In this document: piece by piece, positions 1-14,270 of the stretch
Position numbering within the stretch: the first letter of the stretch is position 1
How the letters are laid out: every line of letters starts with the position of its first letter
NCBI GenBank assembly: GCA_965644295.1
Contig: CBFFRP010000352.1
Span: 62,001-126,000, forward strand
Reading direction: 5' to 3'
From: Paraphysomonas bandaiensis
Lineage: Eukaryota; Protista; Chrysophyceae
DNA: 64,000 bases
The notes under the pieces: model-generated
Database searches by the model: none
What the model saw: only the letters and a program-made list of their open reading frames with translations
Told to the model about the DNA's origin: nothing
Translations under genes and position numbers: made by a program

Positions 1-2944
1 CCGCGATCACCTGTAAAACACAGACTATCAGAACAAGCGTGGCACATAAAATGAACACCTACTTTCGACTTCTGCGCCTCTGGTGCAGAAATTTTGCTGT
101 TATTATAATCATTGGTATCTGTGTTCAGGACGACACCCTCAACATCAATCGTTGAAGATTCTCCCGCTACGTGAGTGTTCTCTACAACATACATGATATA
201 AGCTCCCGGTAAGTAACTTTCTACAAACCTGTAGAAGAACCTTGCGTCCATCCCCGCGCTGTTTCAAGACATCTCTCGACAACAGAAATCTCATCTGAAT
301 TCAATTCCAAATCCAAAATTATTCCTTTTGTCGTCTGCATACAAAGTTTCGTCATGCTATCTGAAAAGAACAGAGAAAAACACTCACTTCATCTCGGGTG
401 ATGCAAATGTCCTCGCACATTCCAGCCATGACTTCTACGCCGGCAGGACTTAACGTATAACGGGAAGTTACTCGCCTGCTCCTGAATATGTATATTATGA
501 TGGTATGACAGAAGCTTAGTCAACCTCTTTCTCTGCCGTCTTTCCGTTTGTGCCTCACTGCTTCTAAATTTCTCTTGTTGTACAGATCGGACCAAACGAA
601 TAGTGACAGTGGACAACCATAACACAGCAGTATCCATATCCTCAATCATACCCATTTCATGACCCTGGTAAAAAGACGCTAAATGGCAATATATCCAACG
701 TGGTAACACACTGACCTGGGTAGATAGTAAGCTCTGGACAGACACCAGAAAATTGTTTAAAGCCAATGAACTCGTCAGCACATCAATTTGGTGTGTCACC
801 CCTGTGTTTCACATAAATGGCGCAACCGTCCACATTCAAATTCGCACCCACCTTGAGCAGCCATAAAAATAATGGTCTTAATCAAAGTGGTTGCGAAGCA
901 CAACACTTGTGAACAGCATGAGTCAATACGCATAGCCATCTTAAACGCTTTGTTGAACAGGGCAGTCAGGCCATCTGAATTCATTATACATTTAGTACGG
1001 ACTGGTGTCAATTGATAACCCCATACCAGCACTGTATGTGTCTATGGTACAGTCGAAGAGCTTTTGAGCCTGGGAGAGATTGTTTTTGACTTGATCTACA
1101 AAAGTATCTATCGCTATTCCGCCTGTCGATTGCAATACACTCATCCAAAACAACCTGTTCGCGAAGATTAATCAAACAAGATGACGAAGAAATTTACCTT
1201 TTTCTCTCGGAATTTCCTAATCCCTGCATGACGCGTCTTAGCCCTCCATCGTGAAACCCCATCGCGTGGGCACATGGGCATCCGAAAGTAATATGAAACG
1301 CAGTATCGATACCCTCAGGTGTGGGAAGAGAATTTTCTTCTTCAGCCGTATGGTTATTATCCCGGCTTTTCGATGACGACTTATGATTCCCTCTTGCTGA
1401 TATCTGCGGTAATGCAGATCCGTCCGAAGCAAAAGGAGAATGTGGATTGACAGAGTCGATGGTACTTAGCTACAAAACCAGTCACATCATTCCAAATATA
1501 CACTGTCATTGCATACATCTGTTAAATCTTTGTTCGACACTGTGCCCCAAGTCATTACATTCGTGTTGAGGTTAGTAGCACAGAATTGCCACACAGGACT
1601 TTTCTTCCAGACGCTACGTCGCAAAAATGTACCTCCAACGTCTGATACCAATAATCAGTGCAGAAAGTAACACACGTATTGAATGACCTTCCGGAATCAC
1701 ACTTCCTGGAAGCGGTTGCCCAGCCAAAATTCTTCCACAATGTTCGTAGCAGTCCTTGTAACTGCAAACAGCGCAATTAATACACGTTGTAGGGCACACA
1801 GGCATCACATACTTCTCAATCATTGCCTCTTCTATATCCTTCAAAGCGCTCTTGGTCTTCTGAAGTGCCTCCGCACGAGACACTGTGTCGATGGTATTGG
1901 AACCTGTACCCCACTCCATACTACCCCCTCCAGTAAGCATATCATCCAGTTCCTGGAGAGCGGTCTATCCCATGTATATGAGACAGTTTTACCCACGACA
2001 AAAAAAATCCACACACCTTGCTCGGTATTTTCTTCAAAGCATCTACAGTAGCAGCCAAGTCTCTTTTCACAACCTTTTTGGTTTTGTCCAGTGCAGTTGT
2101 GCGCTCTTGTATAAGCAGCTCCAGAAATGCGGAGGCAACCGTTACAGAATAACTGCATCGTATATTAAAGAGGGATTGTAACATAACTTATTTAGGTTGC
2201 CCACCGAGATGCGTATAGTTGTTCCAGTACGAATGACTGTGAATGCATGGCGTTAAAACAGTACAATGCTTCGCCATATGGTTGTGTTTTGAAATTAGAT
2301 GTCAGTGAATTTCTCCTCTGAGCCATCTCAAAGCTAGAAAGAAGCAATAGGCCGAGTTTCGCCTGCCAAACACATCAAATTTCAAATGTAAAAAGTGTAC
2401 ATAGAACAACCGAAGGTGGTGATCCACTGCTGTTTAAAGTTTCTGATAGAATCTTCATGTCCACCTTCACAACTCCCCGACTGGATGTCAGAAAGAAATC
2501 TTTTCGCATTATGCTCCGGCATACTGCAATCTGTACTCAGGATTGAATGGCTGATGAATTACATCAAAGTGGATGTGAAATCATACCTGTTGAGTTAAGT
2601 CAGTGTTGTTGTCGTTTTCACGCCTTCCTTGTCTAGTATTGGATCTAGTTTACATTCAGAACCAGGTGTAAAACAATATACAGGGACGCACTTGTAAAGA
2701 ACGATCATTATGTGCGTGTAGTCTTCAGTCATAATAGGCTCTTGCGCCATATAAAATCTTCGAACCACGCGAGAAAGCTAAAAGTATGATGACAGTATAA
2801 ATAACTTTGTAAAAATATTAAATATCGTCTCACAGTGTGTCCTCCAGAATCCGTACCCTTGTCCACTTTGCAAGCTTCTGTTCTCGATATTTGCTTCCAA
2901 TCTACACTATCATACCTATCCGGGGAGATTCCACCCACCCCCAT
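1..2944 (-). CDS. Multi-exon hypothetical protein, 3' end runs off the window
   Basis: ATG at 2944 (MGVGGISPDRY...) followed by minus-strand exons joined by GT-AG introns that keep frame (e.g. ...GGHT|LSRVVRRFYMAQE...). Includes ORF pieces 1942-2184, 1614-1940 and 389-799. No domain recognised. Confidence 0.6.
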
Positions 2945-3112
2945 AGAGGAAAACTTAATGCTACCAACGAAAACGACACAAAATATTTTGTCTTTTTCCT
3001 CTATCAGGTGTGATAATTCAACAGAGATTGACACTCCGCAGAGTGCATCATTCACCTATTCCGCATAGAAATATTAGAAATATGAAAATAAAGTTAACCA
3101 GAGTGCATTGCC

Positions 3113-5117
3113 TCATGATGAGCCACTGTGGGGTGTACAAATGGCGGGGGGCCTGCTGGCTTCTCTTTTTTCTCCTGTGTATAGGCGTTACATAAAAACA
3201 AATCGAGGCTCTACTCACTTTCTTCTTCTTTTTTAAACGGGGTGTCGACGAGCCCCCACCCCTGACAGCAGCAGCATATCGCTCCTCGGCAGTCAATTTC
3301 TTCTTATCGTGGATACTTAATGTGGAATCTAAAAAATAGGGCATAAAAATCGCTGAGTACATCATTATGTAAGGTCAAATACCCGAGTCTCTACGCTCCG
3401 CTGATATCAGAGTGGGCTCGCTTGAGTCAACGACATACGACACACTTTTTTCAAGAACTGTAACAGGAGTATTCTCCATCGTAGAATAGAACGAAGACTT
3501 GCTCACTTCGGAAGCGGCATCGCCTGAACATAAATTCAATTTGTATGAACAGACGTAATTCTTAGAAACGCAACGTACTCTGGTCATCTTGTACACAACC
3601 TCCAGTCGTGTCCTCGTCCTCCACTCTCCTGCGATATTTTACATATTGTCTTGAAAATATGCTAACTGTGCATTCTTACTCAAAAACAAATTCCTCTTCG
3701 TTGTCAGGTTCTCCCACCATTTCTTGATTTATGCCTTCTGCCTGGACGCATGCAGGTGACACAGTATCTCTACAGGGGTCCATGCGACCAGAACTCTGGC
3801 TACGTAGGAGTTTATGCACAATGCTCAATTTTTTATCAGATCCACGGCGAGAGCCCTCTGTTTCCGCTTCTGAACCACTATCCTATTGCCATTCATCAGT
3901 ATTTCAAGAAATATATTTAAGTTTGTTACTAACTCTGTCGTCTCCAAAGAAACCAGACTGCTCCCTTCCCCTTCTGCACAGACATGACAACCATCAAGAA
4001 GATTAAACATAAAACCACCAGAACACCTCTTGGAGAAGGACTTCCAGTGCTCCACGGTGCGCACAGCAGTTTCAGCTTGTGATTCAGCTATGCAGTCCTC
4101 TTTTTCCCAATCTCCCGCACCTTGCTGCGCCTCCTCTTCCATATCGTTTTCTTCCTCTTCCACCTCGTCAATCCCTTGGGGCTGAGTAAGTTGTTGAGAG
4201 GAACGTTGATGAATCGTAGTAGCCCTCATTCGAATTGATGAAGCTCGTTGACGAATAGTTTCACGCATGGATTTGGTATCCACTGAACGAGCCTAAAGAG
4301 CACACAGTTTACAAACGCCCTCATCAACTTACAAAGACGCAGTACAAATATACTCACACTTCCAAATAAATCTGTCCACCAGTCGATCACTCGCCTCTCT
4401 TCTGTACGTACAGCTTCCGAACTAATAGCATTTAGCCACTCTTTCATTTCACCTGCATCATTTGCCTTCAGCATGACCTCTCGGTTTGAGCGACCAGACC
4501 CCTCCGGTGCGTGCCATCGAATAGCAAAGGCAGTGTTCGCACTTACACCTGCAATTTGTCATGCTGAGTATACCGTAGAGAACAAAAAAGAATTTTAATA
4601 CCCGTATCTGTATCGCTGAGATTCCATATGATGGTGTTCTCATCTATTGCCACTGATCCAATGAGTGTAAGTTGCTCAGCAGAAGGGTAGTAGCAGAGTT
4701 CACGAATATCAGATCTCAAAATGAAAAAACGCTTCTTCCTACACACAGTATTATTAATATTTTCCCCTTCTTGTTATAAAACCACACCAGGACTTTCTCC
4801 AAGAACCCTATAAGAAAGTTATGAGAATTATACTACTAAGCTATTTCGTACCTGTTTCTTCAGATAGCCCTTCTTAATAATATCTTCCTCACAAAAATCT
4901 GCTTTCGTATTGGTTAATGGTTGCTTTCTCCCAATTAAAATGCCATAAAAACTAGACGCCTACACAAAGATAAACGTTATAATGAAAAGGATGTGTCTGT
5001 AACAGACCTCCTGCGTGTGGTAGATACGGTCTACGAAATCACCAGTATCTGTGATCTGTAAACAGATGAGGTCGAGGCAAACACAGATGTTATTACGAAC
5101 TGTACCTCAAATGACAT
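3113..5117 (-). CDS. PH-domain protein (multi-exon)
   Basis: Spliced reading gives IIKKGYLKKQ|GSW...KKRFFILRS...LCYY...LIGSV...FAI...MLKANDAGEMKEWLNAIS, a canonical pleckstrin-homology signature, then an acidic/Ser-rich tail ending TGA at 3113. Confidence 0.8.
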
Positions 5118-7040
5118 GAAACTTTACTAATCCTATGAAAGCGCTCGGTATGAACTATCGAATAATGCGTTAACAACGAGCTAACGACCAAATATCTGGC
5201 TCTTAAATAATACACCTTTCTGCATAGACTATCTTGAGGTGTGAGTGATCAGATTACAACAACATCCCTATATATAAGCCGGAGGGGTTGATTATATACA
5301 GTAAGGGGCTGTGCTATGTTAGGGATGTATGTAGCATAGGGCATAGAGGATATGCATATGAACCCACTCAGAAGTCGAAAGAGAGGAAGTGAAATAAATC
5401 TCCTCTAGGCATACCATACCACGGCATACACTGCTGTATAAAATGCGAAGAGAACCCACTGGACTGGTTCGGTGTAGTACTTCGACTACGATCGTATACG
5501 TCGTATACCGTCCAGAGCATACTTCATACGGAAAGATATACAGCAGCAGCTCCCCAGTATGAAGAGTGAGGCCCATCATCCATATATAAGCCACCAGTGC
5601 CGTACACACAGCGACATATATATGTACCCCAGACAATTATCCATCTGCGATTATTTAAATGAACCTTCGGTTATCCCCCTTCGAAACAAGTCACAGAAAT
5701 TCATCTCCACCTGTCCTGTGGACACACTGAATGGATTCTATGCAACGTCCTCATAGGAATGATTTCACATAGAAGGCTCACTGTTTGGGAGCAGCAGAAG
5801 TTGTAACATCCCTTACAGCAACATTATCGCTAGGGGAATGAAACGCACGCTACAATCCTCAAAGTAACTGTAGCATCAGTATACGAAGACCGGCGCAGAA
5901 GAATGTGTACTCTCGACACTTTGAGTGCGGCCTTTGACTCCCTTACTTCCAACCTACTTTGCACCGCGTGGGCAAAAAAGAACCTGGAATTCCAAATGAT
6001 ATAGTAATGACTGAGGACTCGGCGAAAATGAACTCACACATTTATGACAAACCATAAATTGAACAAAGAGTCCTCAATCAATTACCCTAAGGCACACTCC
6101 TTAGCTTAGAAGTGTAGAACTTTTCCTCTATCCAGATAATGCTGTAGCGCATGATGAAAACCACACAAATATCTCTTTTTGGAAATATAATAGAAATATA
6201 ACCACTCAGAAAGCCCTTGTGTCCTCTCTCCCTCATCAGTAGAACTGGTATCCATATGTCATATCTATACCTATCAAACTCCTCTGTAAAATACCTCAAT
6301 TCAAGTAATATATCACGTTTCCTGTTACATCTTGAAGTACTACATTAAGGGTTGTTACCTATAGTCAAGTGTCGTGATGGTGTGATGAGGACTGCATGTG
6401 TTTAATATGCTTATATCCTACTCAACTACAAGTAATAATTGAATACCGTGTTTGTGCTCTAAACTCGTATTCCTATGGTGAAGCTCCGGCATTTCTGCAA
6501 GCACCATGCCGTAACATTTATAATCAGGGGATCATACCTTGGTTGTGTTATATGCTGTACTCCAATGGTTGTGAGATGGATGTATGTCTGTATTCCCCAT
6601 CTACCCCTAGACAATGATCCGTACAGCAGTGTAATAAGAAGCCAGCTACTAGCTACAGTCTACAGCAAGATACCAGATACAGTATCTTCGTATCTATTAT
6701 ACGGTGTATGATAAATACAGTTCACAGTGTAAGATAAGTTTGTGTAGTGTTAGGGATTATTTGTGTACACACTTTACTGATTTCTGAGATACTAACAAGT
6801 AAAGATTATAGCATAAGTCGTTGTTATGATACATTACCTCTGACAAAATGAGTTTATAAGTTTATAACACTATCATTATTGTCAACTTGTGATGTTTCCG
6901 TACAACATGATATCACTTTCGTTAAGTAGTTTGCAATAAAATGTGGGGAGTAAAAAATACTCCTTCACAACAACCACATAACAAAATATTAGAAACTCTT
7001 TACAGTAGCGTAACAAACACAGACACGTATATACCAATAA

Positions 7041-9327
7041 TTACAAATTCGACATTTCTAGCCCTCTCTTCCTAATTGAACTATACGCCCTTGACTTATC
7101 ATCCCATTTGTCTAACCATTTCGACGCTAACGCTATATCTCTCGCTTCTAAATCATGCAGATGTACACACACTGCGAAAAACAAAAGTACCCGGTCTGAT
7201 GGTCGTGTCATGTTAGCCACAACCTTCTCGACTTCCAATGCGTCACTTTTGTTTTCATAATCCGAACCAATACTTAAATTCGATTCGGATTCATCATGTC
7301 GACTTGACATTGCCTTTTTCCTAGAGATAACAGCATGAGCCTAGTGGCACATCATTAGAATCGACTAGTAAAAAGTACATATAATAACCCACTCTGTTCT
7401 CGGCTTCTTCCTGCTTATCACCGAGGAGCTTATTCACAGTCCACAGTATGTATGACACTATTCGCGGCATGTGCGTACAAACAAGACCGATATCACACAT
7501 CTCTTCGTGAATGAACATGTCGTAAGCGACCTCCCTATTCGCATAATGGGTGTTTAAGAACTGAAATAGAGTCATCACACACTGCGTTAATGCTAGATTG
7601 CGTCGGGAGTTTCCAGCTATTCCTCTGAACATTACCCCATCTACCACAGGCAAAGGCTTCAAATCTCCCCTGTCTATTTCATCATCATCAAGAACCACAT
7701 CCCCTCCACCAAAGCTTTCCCACATGCTTGGCTTCTTCTCAATTTTCTTGACCACCATTGGGCCTTGTGATTTCAGTGGGCTGAGACATCACGATTTTAA
7801 TGCAAATACACAATTTATATAAGTCACTTACCGCCTTGTACTAGCAGGGGCTTTGAATACAGGGCGCGGTGGCAAACCGGGTGATCCTTCCGCTGCTCCT
7901 ACCAATGTTCGTGGCTTGGGAAGTGCAGCCACAACTCGTGCACGAGGTGGTCCCGATCGTATTGTGTTTACAGTAGCACTATGACCTACCCGTGAAGTCG
8001 ATTCATTCTCAGTAAGAAACGCAGATGAGCTATGAGTATCTGCTGATTGCGATAACCGGTCCACAGACCCTTGTGCCATGCGGGCTTGCATTTTCTTTAG
8101 TGCCTTCTTCTGCCGCTTGGCGGCCTTAGAAACTTTAATTTTTGGAAGCTTCACCTGAGTAGTAACAGCCTCAAGCGCCTCTGCTTGTGCTGCCTTCTCT
8201 TTTGCACTAATTCGCGCATCCAACTCAAGCATATCTTGCTCCTCCTTCGCTTTCAATTCAGCCTGGGCACGTTCCTCCTCCTCTGCTCTGAGGCGGGCTT
8301 GCTCCTCAGGTGAAGGAATAAGTCGTTTGAGCACTCGAGTATCACCGCAGGCAGGAGGAGGACCGTAATGTTGAATGCTGTCCATAATTACGTGCAGAAT
8401 TCGGTCGGTCCTGCGGGTCAGGATCTTCACAATATCACTGATAAGCTTCATACCAATAAACACGACATCGACCTCATCGCGCAGACGCTCTACAGTGTCC
8501 AATACGTACCGCACCACCGAGTCCTCGGCCATCTCCTCCATGAACCCCTTCAGTGCAATACGATTAAGGCATTCTAGCGAAAGACGATACAGCGACACAA
8601 CATCCATTTCTGGGTCAGTTTTTTTTGCATTCTCTTTTCGTAACTCCGCTAGCTCCTGGTCAGATACCCCTGCAGGCTCGCTCTTGACTTCGACCAACTC
8701 ATGCACTACTTTTAGTATTTCGTCTGGTAGCTTTGCTTTAAGAAGTAAAACGCTGATGCCTCTTTGACGTGATCGTACTTGGGGTTCGCTAATAAGCTTA
8801 TCAACTCGTTCTTCCATTGGCATTAGATTGTTATTTATATCCACCAGTATTTCTTTGGAGGAATTGATGTCTTTGGTGATAGGCCATACTATCTTTCCAG
8901 GCCGTACACCACTTTGAATCACTTCTAAGACAGATGACTCTTCCCTCTGGCGTACAACATAATGTCCGTCGTTTTGTAATCGTAATGTGCAATGCACGGG
9001 CGAATGATCAAATTTATCATATATTGAATCAATGAAATCGATATTCAGCTTTTGTCGTACTTCAGAAAGAAACGGAGCCCACGCTGCTTGTGCTGCTGAT
9101 TGCAGGAACTGGATATGCACATCTGCTTGAATGTGAAGAAAATCTTCTCTGGCGACATGCACTGTGACGCTGCGGTAGTTTTCCTTCAAGCGAGTTTGTC
9201 GAATCTCCTGCTCCGACTCATAAGTCGCATTATACTGAGGGAGAGTTTCATGGAACCGTATAGTTCGTTGTTCGGATATATAATTGATATAATCCTCTCC
9301 ATCTAGATCATTTCGAGTAACGTTCAT
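7041..9327 (-). CDS. Hypothetical coiled-coil/helical-repeat protein (about 3 exons)
   Basis: ORFs 7828-9327 (499 aa), 7321-7758 and 7041-7310 are separated by short GT-AG introns; E/K/A-rich coiled-coil segment. Confidence 0.7.
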
Positions 9328-10018
9328 ATGATGTGGTATATGAATATTATTACAGACTATTCACACTGTTATTCCAGCAATACAACGGAAAGCTGTTGCG
9401 AAATTGAGAACGTGACATGTGAATGAGAATGTGACGACGCATGTCGAGTGGAATGTGCTCATTACAGGTGTCAAGCATGTACATAGAGCACACATGGACG
9501 TGTATGTATGTGTTGCTGGTATCATATTGTCATTAACACTCTGTTGTAACGATAACAGTAATACAGTTCTAATACAAGGTATACCGGAGTATTTTCTTTT
9601 GCTTGTTGTGTGTGTTGTTGTTGTATAGAGTACTGCTGTATATGTACTGGTGTATACGGTGCATATGGACACTTCTAGACATACAGAGAGCAGTGGGAGT
9701 ATTGAGGTGTGTGGTATGCATATGATGTACTGCTGCTGTGTACAGCAGCACGCTGCGAGTAGATTGATCCCATATGCATGTTGCTGTAGACTCCTGCAGG
9801 ACTGCAAGCACTATCTCATTTACTCATTTCCCACCTCATCTTCTGGTCGATATTATATATCCGTTTGCCAGAACTGTACGTCATGTTTATGTTGCGTGAA
9901 TAAACGCTGCTTGTCTTTAGCACTCTGCGCGTCTCCTCGTACCATGAGCTCAATTAATTAGTGACTGTATCTCTCTGTCAAACAACTGAGCATTTATACT
10001 GTCGAAACACATAATATT

Positions 10019-13000
10019 ATGGCATCATCATCCGTCATTGAAGTTGTCTTTAAGGTTCAGGCCAATACTAGATTTGGAGAAGAAATAAGACTGAGTGGGA
10101 ATCTTCCGTCGCTTGGATGTGATGATATCGATCGGGCTGTGCCTCTTGTTACTTCACCAACAGAGTTTCCATGGTGGTATAATAAAGAAGGTGATACCTT
10201 AGTAATAATGTTATATGTTTGTATTAATAATTCTATGTAGCGATATTTGTACCAGAGAATTACTTGTCAGTGAAGTACAGGTACCTCGTGTTCTCTGGAG
10301 GGAAATTTGTTCGCTATGAGGGAGGGGGTCAATTGATTAGATCTTTGAACCTAGAGCACTCAGATGATGCGACTAAGTCTACATCTGATATCCTGGATAA
10401 AGACCCAAGTCGTGGTTTATCCGACATTCCGCAGCGGACCTCAATCAACGTTCATGCCTATGCAAAAGAAATTCGTACACGCAAATTTGCCGATGTTGGA
10501 CGAAAGTCACATGATAGTATTCGAGCTAGTGACAGTGTTCTAGTTGTTTCTTATTTTTTACCTGTGGTCGTGAAGAAAGATAGCAAAGGCCGGTGGACTG
10601 CAGAATGGAACAATGAAAACATTCTCTCATTTGAAACACGCTTACGCGTGTCTTGGGTGGGTACTATCAACACCACCGAGACAATCACATCAGAAGATGA
10701 GGAAACACTTGCTGCAGTACTTCGTCTCATCAATTGCTTCCCTATATTTGTTGGAAAAGATATGCACAAGAAGTTCTATGATGTGTTCTGTAAGCAACAT
10801 CTGTGGCCAATTCTCCACCACAATGGTGATGTGTACGGCCCTGTGGGTCTGAATGGACTCGACCATCAGAATGAAAAGAACCTTTGGTTCACCTACACCA
10901 CTGTTAACAACCTCTTTCGTACGAAAGTCGTGGAAGTATATCACGAGGGTGACCTTATATGGGTTCACGGATTTCACCTAATGCTGCTGCCTTCTTTCTT
11001 ACGTCGACGAATCCAACGTGCTCGTATTGGTATTTTTCTGCACACTCCATTCCCATCTAGCGAGATATGGAAGACGTTGTGGTGCCGTGAGGAAATTTTG
11101 CAGGGGATTTTGAGTGCGGATCAGGTGGGGTTTCACCTCTATGAGTACGCCAGGCACTTCCTCACCACCTGTCGACGTGTCTTGGGCACCCATTATGAAT
11201 TTGACGCTTCTGGGAGCCTGATCGTAGAAACTGGTGGGCGTAAGATTTGTATCACTTGTATGCATGTGGGTGTAGATCACAGACATATCACACATGCAGT
11301 CAGTAGAGGGGATTTCGTTCCTGAGGTAATGTCTTGGCAGAAGAAGTTTAGTGGTAAAACCGTCATCACTGGTGAGTAGATTGTATTCAATATAGGGCGT
11401 TATAGCGAACATAGAGTCTCCCGCATGGATAGTTCTTGATTTAAATTTTGCCAGCATATTAATTTGTGTTTGTAAGGTATTGATCGCTTGGAGCGTCTAA
11501 AATGTATCCCTCTCAAGCTCGTGACTATCGAGCACTTCATCAAAGAAAACCCGGGTTATTTTGGGCGAGTGGTTTTCGTCATAATCGGTATAACTGCCCC
11601 TGAAAGAGGATCGGACTACTTACAGACACAGAGAGACGTCACATGTTTGGTGAATCGTATTAACAGAGAATATCCCGGACTCATATACTACGAGGAGCGA
11701 AAGGAGAGTCAGATGAAGCTTTTCCAACGGCTCTCTCTGTTCTGCGTATCCGATATACTCATGGTTACATCTGCCAGGTTATTTTCCAGTGTGTTTTTGC
11801 ACACAACACATTTGCATTATTTATTTTTGCCGCCTTGGTAACATTCATGTTGTAGAGATGGACTGAATCGCTTACCCGTGGAATATACACTTGCCCGATC
11901 CATTGCGAGGAAGCACCTTGAGGAAACAGCCAATAACATCTTTGAAGGCCCCGATGCGGACACCCGAGAAGGCATTGTTATCATCAGTGAATTTGTCAGC
12001 ACAGCCCGAGTTATGCGTGGGGCCCTCATAGTCAACCCTTGGAAGACAGACGAGGTCAGTTGATATGGAAGTCAGTGTGTGTTGTGGAGTATGCATGTCA
12101 ACGACGAGTGGATTATTTTTGTTCGCAGGTACAGGATGCGCTACGACGTGCCCTAACTATGGACGCCAATGAGCACGGTTCTCGTTTCCGTCGCAGTCTT
12201 GAGTTCTGTAACAGGATCACAACGGTGAAGTGGGCCGAAACTGTGCTTCAAGATCTCAAGCAGGTGGAAAAGAGCGTCGACAACTCCAATCACTCAACCC
12301 TTGGTTTGGGAATTAACTACCGTGTCTCTGGGGTGAAGGCTGGCTTCAATCCTCTTGACGTTGTCAAGGTTTCTAAAGCCTATCGTAGCTCCAGACAACG
12401 CCTCATCCTCCTTGACTGGGGAGGAACCCTCGTGGACGTCCTGGATAACTATGAGGCCTACGCGGTTGCTACAGGACATGCAACTCGCGGTGGGCCTTCA
12501 ATGGAACTTGTTGAGGTCCTTGAGGACCTATGCATGGACACCCGTAATCATGTGTTCGTCATTTCTGGCAAGGATATATATTCGATGCAAGAATTCTTCG
12601 GTGAGATTGAAGGGCTGGGCTTGGCAGCCGAACACGGATGCTATTTTCGGTATCCAAAGCATAGCGCCTACACGGGCCACAGGCACAAGTGGCAGACTAT
12701 GATATCTCTGGAGGACACGAGCTGGATGGACGCTGTGCGCAGGGTGATGGACATATATACGCAGCGCACACATGGCGCGTACATTGAGCAGAAGGGTAGC
12801 GCCATTATATGGCAGTTTCGCGACGCAGACCCAGAATTCGGGTTCATGCAAAGCAAGGAGTTGGAGGAGCATTTGACTGAAATCATATCTTCGAGGCCAC
12901 TGGAGGTGATAAGGGGCGGAGGTATTGACGACGGCTATATAGAAATCCGCCCAGAGGGATTGTCAAAAGGTCTTTTTCTTACCCATGCACTCTCCGCCTT

Positions 13001-13665
13001 GAAATCCATGGGGAGCTATGTGGACTTTGTAATGACAGTAGGAGATGATATAACTGATGAAGCAATGTTTGAGGCCACGAATCGCCTTGAAGTTGCCTCC
13101 AAGAAAGGCGGAAATCCAATGAAATGCTACAGTGTTGCGGTGGGTAAAAAGTATACAGAGGCAAAGTTCTATGTTAATGACTGCGATGCTGTAATGGAAC
13201 TACTACAAAGCCTTACCCGCGCCACTTCTTACGAGAGGAAGTACCACTCTGCACTGGATCTTTCTAACCACGGCGCAGAGGAAGATATAACTAGCCGTCG
13301 CTCTAGGAAGCTGGAATCCAGCCCTCTTCTTGCTCACCTCAGATCTAATATGTCGAATATGCCAAGGTCTAATTCAGAATCGAGGGTGAATACACTTCCG
13401 GTACGTATTGCCAAAGTTTCCACTTGTGGCGGGGATATTTGATACATAAACGCAGAAAGGGCCAGATGCATTGAAGCACCCCGAAGGGCATCCCCTGGAG
13501 TTTCCTTCGCAGAGTAGTCCTGTGGGGCATCGGCGGAGTACCACCACCACTGTTGCCAGGTATATCACTTTTTCTATGTACTATTTTGTAATGTATTACT
13601 TACACAGCATTGATGAAGAGAAGTCTGATTATCAATACGACGAATATGACGGAATTTCGTTCTGA
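10019..13665 (+). CDS. TPS: Trehalose-6-phosphate synthase/phosphatase (GT20 + HAD TPP) with N-terminal CBM20 starch-binding domain
   Basis: CBM20 (VFKVQANTRFGEEIRLSGNLPSLG...FPWW); GT20 motifs (LWPILH, WVHGFHLMLLP, FLHTPFPSSE, GFHLYEYARHF, DRLERLK, RDGLN, ISEF, NPW); TPP motifs (LDWGGTL, AAEHG, IEIRPEGLSKG, GDDITDEAMF). Several introns. Confidence 0.93.
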
Positions 13666-14270
13666 TCCCACATCAGTTAATTGACAGCTATTTTATGACC
13701 TGATTAGTGCTGCAATATTAGTATTAGCAGAACACTGCTCAGCTGTGTATTCGCAGACGTACGACTGAAGATATGCTTCTGCAATGCTTTTAGAATCATA
13801 AGATGTTAATTAATCACAACATATTATAGTAGTTCTATGTTGAAATCACTTTGCGACAACAGGGTCCGTATAAATGTCAATGACTGGATGTCCTGCATTG
13901 TTATCGATTACAGCAATAAGAAGTTGTACGATAACCAACATCTCGCTGTATTTGGCAATGTCTGCATTACTCGACTAGAAAGGAGCGTTGATTATTATTA
14001 TATCTACCGATATCAAAAAGTTGAATCAATTGATATGTTGCGTAAATAGAAGATCTGTAATCTACCGAATAGCCCCATTTTTTTAGATATTGAGTTCTAA
14101 TTCATTCATTTTTTGTAAAACGAACTATATATAAATTGCAAAATAAATTGACTAGGAGTAGTCGATGAGGGTTCTATTATATACTAGTTATTAGAATATG
14201 ATAGTAAATTAGTAAGTGTACAATTATTAGCAATAGGCGTTTGACAGAACTTATTTAGCATGAGATATAT

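Noticed and set aside
5803-6358. Possible 13-bp inverted repeat GTAACATCCCTTA / TAAGGGTTGTTAC
   Set aside because: Short, mismatched, no TSD and no second copy in the window.
9361-9961. Cys/Thr/Tyr/His-rich ORFs here and at 17848-18174, 30533-30860 and 60281-60775
   Set aside because: By-products of TACA/GTAC-rich divergent promoter DNA; no domain or splice support.
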